This document shows positions 48,845-58,228 of a stretch of DNA of 64,000 bases, in pieces; positions within the stretch are counted from its first letter, which is position 1, and each line of letters opens with the position of its first letter. Under the pieces are notes generated by a model. The model was not told the DNA's origin, searched no databases, and saw only the letters and a list, made by a program, of their open reading frames with translations. Made by a program: the position numbers and the translations under genes. The DNA is from Vampirovibrio chlorellavorus (GTDB lineage Bacteria > Cyanobacteriota > Vampirovibrionia > Vampirovibrionales > Vampirovibrionaceae): the NCBI GenBank assembly GCA_001858525.1, contig LAPX01000001.1, positions 161,473 through 225,472 of the forward strand, written 5' to 3'.

Positions 48845-49528
48845 ATGGACCTGAATAAGATGAAAGACGATTTGACCGCCAAACAACAAGAAGTGCTGAA
48901 CCAGTTGCTGGCCTTTGTTCTGGAGAACAACTACCCCCCTTCCATTCAGCAACTTTGCCAGTTATGCGGAGTCAGTTCCACTTCCACCATTCACTTTCAT
49001 CTCAGCGCCTTAAAAAAGAAGGGGCTGATTGACTGGAACCCCTCTGAAAAAAGGGCCATCAGTATTCGGGAAGATCTGCGAGACGAGTATCGCGCTTCTC
49101 AACATCGCGGTGATGACAACGAAGCACTAGAAAATACCGAGCCTGAAGCGGTCAAAAATGGCGTGCTTCCCCTGTTGGGGTCTATCGCGGCGGGCTCTCC
49201 CCTGCAAACCCTGAAAGATACTGTGGAACGCATTGATCTGAGCGAAGACTTGTGCCCGCCGGGCTGCTATGCCCTGAAGGTTCGAGGGACCAGCATGATT
49301 GAAGATCATATTATGGATGAGGATGTGGTCATCATTAATCCGAAAGCCCGAGTGCGGGAGGGTGATGTGGTCGTTGCCCTGGTTGATCAGGAAATGGCCA
49401 CCCTCAAACGCTTTTACCGTGAGAAAGATCGGATTCGCCTGCAGCCCGCCAATTCCGAGATGGAACCTATCTATGTCAAAGACGTCCATATCCAAGGAAA
49501 GGTTGAGGCCGTCATCCGCAAGTTTTAA
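48845..49528 (+). CDS. lexA: LexA repressor (SOS regulator, S24 peptidase)
   Basis: Winged-HTH N-domain (QLCQLCGVSSTSTIHFHLSALKKKGLI); C-terminal S24 catalytic Ser (VRGTSMIED) and Lys (ATLKRFYRE) regions; start taken at Met 48845 rather than the ORF-track 48701. Confidence 0.88.
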   Translation: MDLNKMKDDLTAKQQEVLNQLLAFVLENNYPPSIQQLCQLCGVSSTSTIHFHLSALKKKGLIDWNPSEKRAISIREDLRDEYRASQHRGDDNEALENTEPEAVKNGVLPLLGSIAAGSPLQTLKDTVERIDLSEDLCPPGCYALKVRGTSMIEDHIMDEDVVIINPKARVREGDVVVALVDQEMATLKRFYREKDRIRLQPANSEMEPIYVKDVHIQGKVEAVIRKF

Positions 49529-49646
49529 AGTCCCCTGTCGCTTAAACCAATTGTAGAAACGATGTTTGTAGTCGCTGTTGTTTCAGCGCGCAGTTAATAG
49601 CGAATTGATTAGACAACCCAACTGAAAGAATAAGGAGCTTATCTCT

Positions 49647-49730
49647 ATGAGTATCCGTCGCTTGTTACGTGATGTTTTTTACGGCGCCTTGCTGGTCTGG
49701 CCCTACTTTTTTATCCCGGGCAACGCCTAA
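49647..49730 (+). CDS. 27-aa hydrophobic small ORF with canonical SD (possible leader peptide or small membrane protein), not in the ORF track
   Basis: AATAAGGAGCTTATCTCT-ATG; MSIRRLLRDVFYGALLVWPYFFIPGNA*; sits between lexA and rlmN. Confidence 0.35.
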   Translation: MSIRRLLRDVFYGALLVWPYFFIPGNA

Positions 49731-49894
49731 AACCACAGTCTCTTTAAGTATTGTCCTAATCGAGGATGGGAACTTTATTTTTTAAACACTTCTAACTCTA
49801 TCTATACACACTCCACTCTTTATCCCACAAATCTCACCGAGGCAAATCTATTTGCCTCTTTTTCTTTTATTATTAGGAACACCACTTTTTACCT

Positions 49895-51046
49895 TTGGCG
49901 ACCCATGTCCCCCCAACGAAAGTACAACGCATGATCAACACCATTTTACCCAGTGCTCCAGAATCCGCCCCAGAGCTCCCAGAGCTGATGATTACCCCAC
50001 CGGATGATCGCAAACCGGCTTTGATTGGCATGTCCCTGCCTGAATTGCGAGCCCTGGTTCAAGAGATGGATGAACCCACCTTCCGGGCGGATCAGCTCCA
50101 CCACTGGCTGTATGTCAAGTGCGTGCGTCATTTTGATGACATGAGCAATCTGAAAAAGAGCTTTCGGGACAAATTAGCGGAGCGCTATCAGGTTGGCTCC
50201 CTGGTGATTGATCGCAAGGAAATCAGCCAGGATGGCACTATCAAGTACCTGTTCCGCCTGCCGGACGGTAAAGTGGTGGAATCGGTGCTCATGTACTTTG
50301 AAGAGCGGGGCTCTTACGCCATTTGCCTGAGCACTCAGGTGGGCTGTGCCGTCAATTGCGGTTTTTGCGCCACGGCCAAATTGGGTTTTCTGAGAAATTT
50401 AAGCATCGGCGAAATTGCGGAACAGTATATTTATGTTCAGGCCGATAGTGGCAAAGAAATCCGCAACATCGTATTCATGGGCCAAGGGGAACCCCTGTTG
50501 AACTACGACAACCTGATACAGAGCATCCAAATCCTGAACCAATCGGCAGAAGTGGGCATTCGACACATTACCATTTCCACCTCCGGCATTGTGCCCCGTA
50601 TTTACGACCTGGCTCGGGAAAATCGTCAATTGACTCTGGCCGTTTCCCTGCACGCCCCGGACGATGAAACCCGGGAAGCCATCATGCCCATCAACCGAAA
50701 ATGGCCGCTGGATCAACTGATGCCGGCCCTCCATCACTATGTCGATACCACTGGCAAGCGCCTGACCATTGAGTACATCTTGCTGGCCGGGGTGAACGAT
50801 CAACCCAGCCACGCCCATGCCCTGGGAGAACTGTTAAAAGGGCTCAAGTGCAACGTCAACCTGATTCCCTACAACCCCATTGGCGATGGCTATGGCTATA
50901 AACGGCCCTCCGGAAATGCCATTCACCGCTTCCGGGAAGTAGTTAGCAGCTACGGCAAAAAAGTGACCATTCGGGTGGAACGTGGTGTGGACATTGCCGC
51001 GGCATGTGGTCAGCTGGCCAATAAAGTTCAGGCCGGGCTCGCCTAG
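49895..51046 (+). CDS. rlmN: 23S rRNA (adenine2503-C2)-methyltransferase, radical SAM
   Basis: Radical-SAM CxxxCxxC (CAVNCGFC) and the family motifs GQGEPLLN, ISTSG. Confidence 0.9.
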   Translation: MATHVPPTKVQRMINTILPSAPESAPELPELMITPPDDRKPALIGMSLPELRALVQEMDEPTFRADQLHHWLYVKCVRHFDDMSNLKKSFRDKLAERYQVGSLVIDRKEISQDGTIKYLFRLPDGKVVESVLMYFEERGSYAICLSTQVGCAVNCGFCATAKLGFLRNLSIGEIAEQYIYVQADSGKEIRNIVFMGQGEPLLNYDNLIQSIQILNQSAEVGIRHITISTSGIVPRIYDLARENRQLTLAVSLHAPDDETREAIMPINRKWPLDQLMPALHHYVDTTGKRLTIEYILLAGVNDQPSHAHALGELLKGLKCNVNLIPYNPIGDGYGYKRPSGNAIHRFREVVSSYGKKVTIRVERGVDIAAACGQLANKVQAGLA

Positions 51047-51133
51047 CGCTGGTGCCCCATTTTTAATACCTAACTTGTAATCTCGGATACGATCGGTCGA
51101 TGCCTGATTCCGCTCCCAGATCTGTGCGCTTTA

Positions 51134-51400
51134 TTAAGCCCACAGATCCAGACGCTTTGTAGAACTCGAGCCCAGCCAGGACGCCTCGGGCTCTTCCAGG
51201 CCGGTGAGATAGGACAAGCCATTCACGCCCAACAGCACGGGGATGGTCATGAGCATGCCCATCTGTTCCAAGGCTGTTTGCCTTGGGGGCTGTGTTTTGT
51301 GATCTGTTGACGTCTTACCGGCAAAAGTGGGGCGAATTGGACTTTGACTGTAATTTTTAGGGGTGGCAGAGACCACAGCCTCGCTGCGTAATGAAAACAT
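51134..51400 (-). CDS. doubtful hypothetical ORF
   Basis: 88-aa ORF with genome-like GC but no motif; weak support. Confidence 0.2.
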   Translation of the reverse strand: MFSLRSEAVVSATPKNYSQSPIRPTFAGKTSTDHKTQPPRQTALEQMGMLMTIPVLLGVNGLSYLTGLEEPEASWLGSSSTKRLDLWA

Positions 51401-52056
51401 AAGGAACCCGCCTCTTATATAGCAAATCTTTTATAGAACAGTTTGGAAAAATGGATGTTCAGAAACCCCAAAGACCATTTTACGAATACTACTTACTACA
51501 TAGATACTAATACGTGTGACTAACCAAATTTTCAGGAGATTAAGGCTTTTGAAGGCGTTTCCGTTCGGCCTAAAACCTTAACTCAACGATTCGAAAAGTT
51601 TTGTTATTATAAGTGACTTTTCAGAAATAGCAAAGTACTCCATAGAGTGATAGACAATATCGACATCAAGTGTGAACTTTTTTGAAGCGTTCAACCCCAT
51701 TTCAGAACCGAACCGTTCTCTTGCCTGAAGAAAATGCTGAAATCCTTGTGAGTCAAGAATGAAAGCCCGTTCTGCAATCAACAACGTCAGCAGATCATCA
51801 GCAAAGGCCTTTCTCCCTCCCCCCAAAGCAAAAGCACTGAAACATAGGACAGAAGGCCATTTCAGACAGTTTCATCTTGCTTGCGGATTGCGAGGCTGCT
51901 TCTCTGCCAAGCAAGTCTAAACAAAGCTTTTTGTTTGCTTTCAGTACTTTTTTCATATCATGGTCACAAAGTTTTGTTGCAATTAGTACAAACGAGCAAC
52001 TTTCCTCCTTCACCGTCATTGATAGCAGTATCAAGCTCGTTAGCTACTAGGGTGTT

Positions 52057-53151
52057 ATGGTAACGACAACTCTAAACAGCATTACCTTGCCGTCCAAACG
52101 GTCCACAGGGAAAACTCTACCTGTGCGCTTTGGTTCCGGCAGCGCCATCCTGGCCAAAACGGCCGGGCCAGAGGTTCAGCATGAAGCCGTGGTACGCGGA
52201 TACCGTTTTGCCAGCTTCATCAAAAACCGCCTGCTGGGTGGAAAGCTGTTTAATAATGATATCCGTTGGGGCGGTTTATCCCTGGAGGATATGGCCAGTC
52301 GGGTACAAACCCTGTTGGGCGTTTATCTGCTGCAAGGCTACTACGCCATTAAAGACGACAAACACCCTTGGGAAACCAATGGCCGGAACGCTGTTATCTG
52401 GGTGATGACCCTGTTGCTGCAAAACCTGGCCAAAAGTGAGAATTACGGGGTCAATACCCTGCTCTTCAACCCGTTTATGCGGCAAAAAGGATACCTCTCC
52501 TCAGAAATGTCCGGGCTGCAAAAATTCCTCGATCGCGGCCGCATGGACGTGGATTATCTGGATATCCTGCAAGATGCCGGCATTAAAATCAGTGATGACG
52601 AGCTAAAGGGCGCCCGAAAGGGTAAAAAAGCCTTGTGGGCCTCCTCTTGGCTGGACGCTAACAAGACGGATATCATTAAAAAACGATATCGGGACCTCCA
52701 TCAAAAGATACAGGAAAACGCCAAAGCCCTGGCCGACAAAAAGCCCATTCCCCATATCCTGACCCCTCTGGAAAAAGCCATAGAAAAAGAGATTCCCCGG
52801 TTTTTTAAACGAATAAATGGCTGGAACATGGCATCCACAGGGCTAGTCGTCGGAGCCACCATATATTTCATTGGCGGGGTGGCCATGGATATCGTCAACA
52901 AAGTCATCTCTCCCCTGGACAAAGACTTTGAAGGCAACAAGAACCTACCCCCCGACCAAATTCTTAAAAATCCCATCCTGGCCAAAACCCACCCGCCTCA
53001 GAGTACCCTCACCAACACCCCGTTTTCACCCACCACTACCAGTAGCATCACCACACCGCCAATCCAATTTTTTCAGAGTTATGTGAGTCACCGTCGTCAT
53101 AGCACCCCATCTACCCTTCCCGGCTCTAGTCTTCCCGGAGGGCTTGGTTGA
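52057..53151 (+). CDS. hypothetical alpha-helical protein with C-terminal hydrophobic segment and S/T/P-rich tail (first gene of a coupled pair behind an AT-rich island)
   Basis: 364-aa ORF, K/E-rich coiled-coil-like; TM-like GLVVGATIYFIGGVAM; stop TGA overlaps the next start (TGATG). Confidence 0.55.
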   Translation: MVTTTLNSITLPSKRSTGKTLPVRFGSGSAILAKTAGPEVQHEAVVRGYRFASFIKNRLLGGKLFNNDIRWGGLSLEDMASRVQTLLGVYLLQGYYAIKDDKHPWETNGRNAVIWVMTLLLQNLAKSENYGVNTLLFNPFMRQKGYLSSEMSGLQKFLDRGRMDVDYLDILQDAGIKISDDELKGARKGKKALWASSWLDANKTDIIKKRYRDLHQKIQENAKALADKKPIPHILTPLEKAIEKEIPRFFKRINGWNMASTGLVVGATIYFIGGVAMDIVNKVISPLDKDFEGNKNLPPDQILKNPILAKTHPPQSTLTNTPFSPTTTSSITTPPIQFFQSYVSHRRHSTPSTLPGSSLPGGLG

Positions 53152-56081
53152 TGGGCATGCTTCCAATGGCTATGCAGCTGAACCCCTGGGCACAACGAGC
53201 GCTGGCTCAGTCAGTGAACCTGGGCTACGCTGGACGGGGCACCTATCGGGTTCATGAAACCAACCCGGAGCGCAAAGGGGATTATTGGTTTCGGGACTTT
53301 GGCATGGTCATGGCTTGCACCTACATGACCGAAATGGGCTTCCGGGGAACCGAACGCTTTTACACCATGCCCTTGTTGACCAACGCCCTGGAGCTTCAGG
53401 CCCTCAGAACCGAGCTTGGCCAAAAGCGGGTTATCCCCACCTTTGATACAGTGCAAATAAAAAATGGCGCACGCACAGACTCTGTCCAGTTGCTCAATTC
53501 CAAGCCCCTGTATCCACGGGCCTGGAACTATTCCGAGTTGCCCGAAGCGCTGCGTGAGAAGATGATGGGCACCCTGATCCGCAACAGTTCCGAGCTGGTG
53601 CCCCAAGTGTTGCAGGAAGAAGCCCTGAATGAAATCAGGGCGCTAGAAATCAAGGCGTTAAAAGAAAAGGCGTTAAAAGAAAAGAATCCCCCGCCTTATA
53701 AAAGCTTGAAACAGCTCATCACCCATCCGCTCAACCCGGATAATGGCAACTTGGTGGAAGCGTTCATCGAAAAAACCGCCGGACTCAGCAGCCATCGGGC
53801 CGAGTTGGAACGCATCGCCAAAATTGACAACAAAGCCACGGCCGAGGCGGAAACCCAAAAACTCTTTCAGAAACTATCCGCCACCCACACGGACAAAGAA
53901 ACGCTGAAGGCCCACATTCAGCAATCCGTGCAACTGCTCAAAACCGAGCAGTTGGGCATTCTGATCAACCATCTGGATCGCAACCTGAACTTTCAGCATT
54001 ATTTGGAAAGCAACTTTTTAAAACCCAAAGCAGAAGTCCTCAAGCCCAAGGGCGCCATTGAGCCTCGTTACTTCAAGTTGCCGGAAGCTTTGGCCCCGCG
54101 TAACCCCTTTAGCGCCGTGGATGAAATATCCGGCATTGTGTCCGATCGGATGCGCTTTTACATTGATAAACTCAATAGCCTACAGCACCAGGGAAAAGCC
54201 GATTTACGCAGCCTGGCCGAAAAAGTCCGGAGGCTGCCTCTGGATCAGCGGGAAAAAGCCTTCACCAAAGGTATTCAGGAAATCGAAAACCTGCAGTTTC
54301 TGTACAAAAAACAATCTCTGACCGACCACTGGCATGCCTCCACCAGCAAAGATATTTTGAAACTGATGGAAGAAGAGAAGTTAGATACTAACGCGGCGCA
54401 GGATCTCATCAAACAGGAAAACCTGGAGCGACAAACAATCCTGCAAGGCATTCAAAAAAGTAAAAAGCAGCTTGGCAACCAGGATCAAAAGCTAAAGTGT
54501 CTGGAAGAATGGGCCGACAACAACCACAATTATCTGCTGAACTGGGAAAACGAATTCCGCATTGAAAAAGACCGGCTTCAGGCTTTTCTGACCAAACCCA
54601 CCGAGCGGGCCCACAAGCCCAAGGGATACATTTCCATGAACCAGCTGAACACCCAGCTAGGGCATTTTGAAGGCTGGTTTGAAACGATCTCCAAAAGCCT
54701 GCAAGTCCGAAACGCCATTTTGGACAACTTGTGGCAGCACTTGGGCGAGGATTTGCTGCTGCAAGTGAAGAAAAAAGTAAAAACCGCCTTTGAAGACGTC
54801 AACAAACTCTCCTACGAGCACTTACCCCTCTATACCGAAGGTCCGCTGAAAGGCCAACCGGTGGAGAAAGGGAAACTGCTAGAAGCCCGATTACAAGATA
54901 TTGGCCTGCGGCACTGGCTGGATGATAGCGAAATCAAGCATTTAAGTGAAGATTTGGCCCAGCATTTACCAAAAATGTCCAGTACCACTGAGACCGCCAA
55001 AGACCTTGAGCAGCACAGCGTGGAATCAGTCATGGGCAAGGTCAAAAAGACCATTTGGGCTCACCTGACCGGTGATGTGGATTACAACAACCTGAACGAT
55101 TCGTTCTGTAAAAACTTAAAAGCCCAAGTGGATGCCAAACTGAACGCGCTGAGCCCAGAACAGCAAACCACGCTGAAGGCCGGAAAAATACGGGGCAAGC
55201 TGTTCAGTCAGCTTACCAACACCGATGCCTTCGGCAACCCGCTCTCCAATCAGTACGAAGAGGGCATGGAAACCCTGCTGAAAAAAATCCTGAACGAAGC
55301 AAACCTGCACGTTGTTAAGAATCAGAGCGGTCACGAGGTTAAAAGTGCGGAGTGGACGGTTAAAAGCCTGATTACTGATGGCTTGCAAAGCCATATGGTC
55401 AAGTCCGCGGTGGATAAGATTCAGAAAAACGGCACCTGGCCCAAAATTCTGGCCACCGTGGGGCTTAACTTCGTCTTCTACGGATGGCTGGCCAGCCGCT
55501 TTGACAATAAAGTTCTGCAACCCTACCAGGAAAAGCTGGTGGCTGAAAAAGGAACCGCTCAGGATATCGTCAATGCCGGCTATCTGGGTACCTTGCCCGC
55601 CGTTGCTATTCTCTCCCAGGCCTGGGACAAAACCACCTTGCCAATGCTCAACGGCCTGAGACGTATGAACCACTTCAGCCGCTTTGCCTCCGTGGGTGGC
55701 GTAGCGCTGGGCGTGTTTGCAGCCTCTTCCTATGGATTCCTGAAAGTTTTGGAAAAAAAGTCAGCCCCCCAACCCGGATATCCCAAAAAGCAACCCCCTG
55801 CGGTGACACCAAACACCCAGCCATCCGTGCAACCAACCTTTAACGCCCTATCAAAGCCCGCCATTACGCCGCCTGCATCCAGTCTGGATAGCCCCTTCAG
55901 TAATCGAAGCCAGTTGAACGGCCTACCCTTTCAAAGTTATCGTCCTCAGGCCACCGCGTTCAACCAGCCGCAAAAGCGTCCCGTACTGAATCGATCCAGT
56001 GCCGGGCCGACTTTTCTATTTCCACCCTGCTTTCAAGGACAACCCTTTCCTGTAAAGCAACCGCTGCCTAAGGCTGAGTAG
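53151..56081 (+). CDS. large hypothetical coiled-coil protein (976 aa) with bilobed C-terminal hydrophobic region and Pro/Gln-rich tail
   Basis: Long K/E/Q/L-rich helical sequence (e.g. EIKALKEKALKEKNPPP); hydrophobic ILATVGLNFVFYGWLA and FASVGGVALGVFAASSYGF near the C-terminus; no enzymatic motif; ATG at 53151 (ORF track starts at TTG 53148). Confidence 0.6.
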   Translation: MGMLPMAMQLNPWAQRALAQSVNLGYAGRGTYRVHETNPERKGDYWFRDFGMVMACTYMTEMGFRGTERFYTMPLLTNALELQALRTELGQKRVIPTFDTVQIKNGARTDSVQLLNSKPLYPRAWNYSELPEALREKMMGTLIRNSSELVPQVLQEEALNEIRALEIKALKEKALKEKNPPPYKSLKQLITHPLNPDNGNLVEAFIEKTAGLSSHRAELERIAKIDNKATAEAETQKLFQKLSATHTDKETLKAHIQQSVQLLKTEQLGILINHLDRNLNFQHYLESNFLKPKAEVLKPKGAIEPRYFKLPEALAPRNPFSAVDEISGIVSDRMRFYIDKLNSLQHQGKADLRSLAEKVRRLPLDQREKAFTKGIQEIENLQFLYKKQSLTDHWHASTSKDILKLMEEEKLDTNAAQDLIKQENLERQTILQGIQKSKKQLGNQDQKLKCLEEWADNNHNYLLNWENEFRIEKDRLQAFLTKPTERAHKPKGYISMNQLNTQLGHFEGWFETISKSLQVRNAILDNLWQHLGEDLLLQVKKKVKTAFEDVNKLSYEHLPLYTEGPLKGQPVEKGKLLEARLQDIGLRHWLDDSEIKHLSEDLAQHLPKMSSTTETAKDLEQHSVESVMGKVKKTIWAHLTGDVDYNNLNDSFCKNLKAQVDAKLNALSPEQQTTLKAGKIRGKLFSQLTNTDAFGNPLSNQYEEGMETLLKKILNEANLHVVKNQSGHEVKSAEWTVKSLITDGLQSHMVKSAVDKIQKNGTWPKILATVGLNFVFYGWLASRFDNKVLQPYQEKLVAEKGTAQDIVNAGYLGTLPAVAILSQAWDKTTLPMLNGLRRMNHFSRFASVGGVALGVFAASSYGFLKVLEKKSAPQPGYPKKQPPAVTPNTQPSVQPTFNALSKPAITPPASSLDSPFSNRSQLNGLPFQSYRPQATAFNQPQKRPVLNRSSAGPTFLFPPCFQGQPFPVKQPLPKAE

Positions 56082-56418
56082 CCCGCACCTGGCTAATGGC
56101 CTGCGCCTCTGATTCCCAGATATCCAACACCCGATCCATGTGGGTTAACTCCATTAAACCGGAGATCTGCTTATTCAACCCGAACAGGGTCAAATTCCCG
56201 TGAATTTCCCGACACAGCTTGAGCAGGGAAATTAAAACAGCAATGCCAAAGCTGTCCAGCATTTGCACCTCGGAAAAATTCAGCACAATATGCCGGTGCC
56301 CTTCCATTAACAACTTGGCGACATGATTTTTTAAGACCATCGTCTTGGGATATCCGAACTTATCGTCGGTCACGTCTACCACAACACAACCCGGCAAAAA
56401 ACGATTGGCCAAATCCAT
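56068..56418 (-). CDS. STAS-domain anti-sigma-factor antagonist (SpoIIAA-like)
   Basis: 116 aa; ...HIVLNFSEVQMLDSFGIAVLISLLKL... typical STAS pattern. Confidence 0.7.
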   Translation of the reverse strand: MDLANRFLPGCVVVDVTDDKFGYPKTMVLKNHVAKLLMEGHRHIVLNFSEVQMLDSFGIAVLISLLKLCREIHGNLTLFGLNKQISGLMELTHMDRVLDIWESEAQAISQVRATQP

Positions 56419-56715
56419 CCAACAACTCCAGTATGGAAATACTGTCCTATCATACCATTTTTACCAAATCGAACCGGCTTTGGCAGCGGGAAAAAATGCA
56501 TTGTTCATGGCCCCAAAATCAAGGGCTGGTTAGCATCCTTTTGGATTACCCGAAATAGGGGAGCAAACTGTCGCAAAAAATGGGCATAATAAGTTAAATT
56601 GGGACTGTCAAAAAAAAAGCAAACTTTGTGAACGCCCCTTCCCTTCTCTCTGTTTAAAGTTTCTGTGTTTGCCGCCCCCCCCAAAAGTGAGGAACTCGCT
56701 AATTGAGAGCCACCC

Positions 56716-57534
56716 ATGATTGATCGAATTTTTGCCGCCCCCAAAGGCACAGCGCTGGAAGCCGGAATCGATTTCGCACTGGCTCATGGGCTTGATTACG
56801 AGATTCCGACCTTTTACGAGGTGGAGAACCTGGACAACCGTGAAGCGGAAATAACCCGCTATCGACATCTGTTGAGAGACTTTCAGGGTATCCTGTCCAT
56901 GCATGGGCCTATTTTTGACACCAACGTGGTCAGCCTCGATCCGGAAATCCTGAAAATCTCTCAGCATCGCTACCGACAAGCCATTGATGTGGCCAAAACG
57001 CTGGATGTGCGGTATCTGGTCTTTCACTCCCAGTGGACGCCCATTTACAGAGCGGCCAATGCCACTCGTCTTTGGGTAAACAAGGTCACTGACTTTTGGC
57101 TCAAGCTGCTAGAGGAAGAGGTCAAGGATTCCAACCTGACCATTCTGATTGAAAACTTTCTGGATGACGACCCAGAGTCAATTCAAACCATACTCACCCG
57201 GGTAAACTCCCCCCATCTCAAGGCCTGTGTGGATATCGGGCATATCAATATTTTTTCCCAACGCTCTCCGATTGATTGGCTGCAAGAACTGGGAGGACAA
57301 GTGGCCTATATCCACGCCCATAACAACGGGGGAGCGCTGGATAGTCATGATTCCTTTGAAAAAGGCCTGATTGACATGGAGGGATTCCTCAACCACCTGG
57401 CCCTGCTGCCACAAAAGATTCATTTGGCCATCGAAACCGCCACCATCGAGGGGCTGGCCAGCAGCTACGAACTGATCAAACCGCATCTGTCGGTTCAAAA
57501 AGAGCAATTCTTGGCCAAAAGCTTCCTGATTTAG
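56716..57534 (+). CDS. sugar phosphate isomerase/epimerase (xylose isomerase-like TIM barrel)
   Basis: Family-typical LVFHS, ENF and DIGH metal-ligand regions; a C8 tract lies 35 bp upstream of the start. Confidence 0.7.
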   Translation: MIDRIFAAPKGTALEAGIDFALAHGLDYEIPTFYEVENLDNREAEITRYRHLLRDFQGILSMHGPIFDTNVVSLDPEILKISQHRYRQAIDVAKTLDVRYLVFHSQWTPIYRAANATRLWVNKVTDFWLKLLEEEVKDSNLTILIENFLDDDPESIQTILTRVNSPHLKACVDIGHINIFSQRSPIDWLQELGGQVAYIHAHNNGGALDSHDSFEKGLIDMEGFLNHLALLPQKIHLAIETATIEGLASSYELIKPHLSVQKEQFLAKSFLI

Positions 57535-57612
57535 GAAGCAGAGAGTCAATCACCCTCAAAAGACGGCCTGGTCCATATAGATTCTGACGCAGGGCAAGGC
57601 TTGTCAGGGCTT

Positions 57613-57981
57613 TTACTTGCTTTTGGCACCCGATACGGTACCCCAGATGGAGAGTCCTATGGGGGCTACACCCATCAGCGCCGCCACCGGCAGCAATGGG
57701 TGAATAAAAATGCCTAAAAGCCCCACAGCAATACTGAGTGGCCACAGTATGACGCCACTGGCCAGGCCACCCACGCCAAAGGCCGCGGCTTTAAGACCGC
57801 CTGCAAACTGGACAGGCTTGCCTTTAACGGCTTGGGCAGACAAACCCGTGAACTGATCGGTACTGGCAATGGCAGGTCTCTGTGATACAGGAGCATACAA
57901 AGGTTGGGCACCAAAAGAAGCTTTGGCAGGGGAGGAGCCGGGTAAGCTCTGAGGGGGGGAAGAAGGTAATACGGACAGCAT
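57613..57981 (-). CDS. hypothetical small membrane protein (Pro/Ser-rich N-terminus, 2 TM helices)
   Basis: Start taken at MLSVLP (57981); no domain. Confidence 0.35.
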   Translation of the reverse strand: MLSVLPSSPPQSLPGSSPAKASFGAQPLYAPVSQRPAIASTDQFTGLSAQAVKGKPVQFAGGLKAAAFGVGGLASGVILWPLSIAVGLLGIFIHPLLPVAALMGVAPIGLSIWGTVSGAKSK

Positions 57982-58228
57982 GGCAATAGCCTTTCTGGCA
58001 AAAATATTTGCAGGCTTAGGAAATGGACAAGTACTGGTATAAAACCACCACAAGAATTTTGTTGCTAGTGCGGAATGTATTACTACAAACAGACCCAATA
58101 ATCTTTTTTTCGACCCTATCTAACAGTGCAATTTATTTTTGGGGTAATCTTGTTAAAATCATTGCAATTGATTATAAATAAACAGCAAGTGGTTCGTCGT
58201 TTAATTATGGAATGAGAAGAGTTTTACC

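Noticed and set aside
51578-52034. Two minus-strand ORFs (82 and 78 aa) inside the AT-rich island
   Set aside because: AT-rich, no RBS or motifs, overlapping each other; possibly remnants of degraded genes but not supportable as CDS
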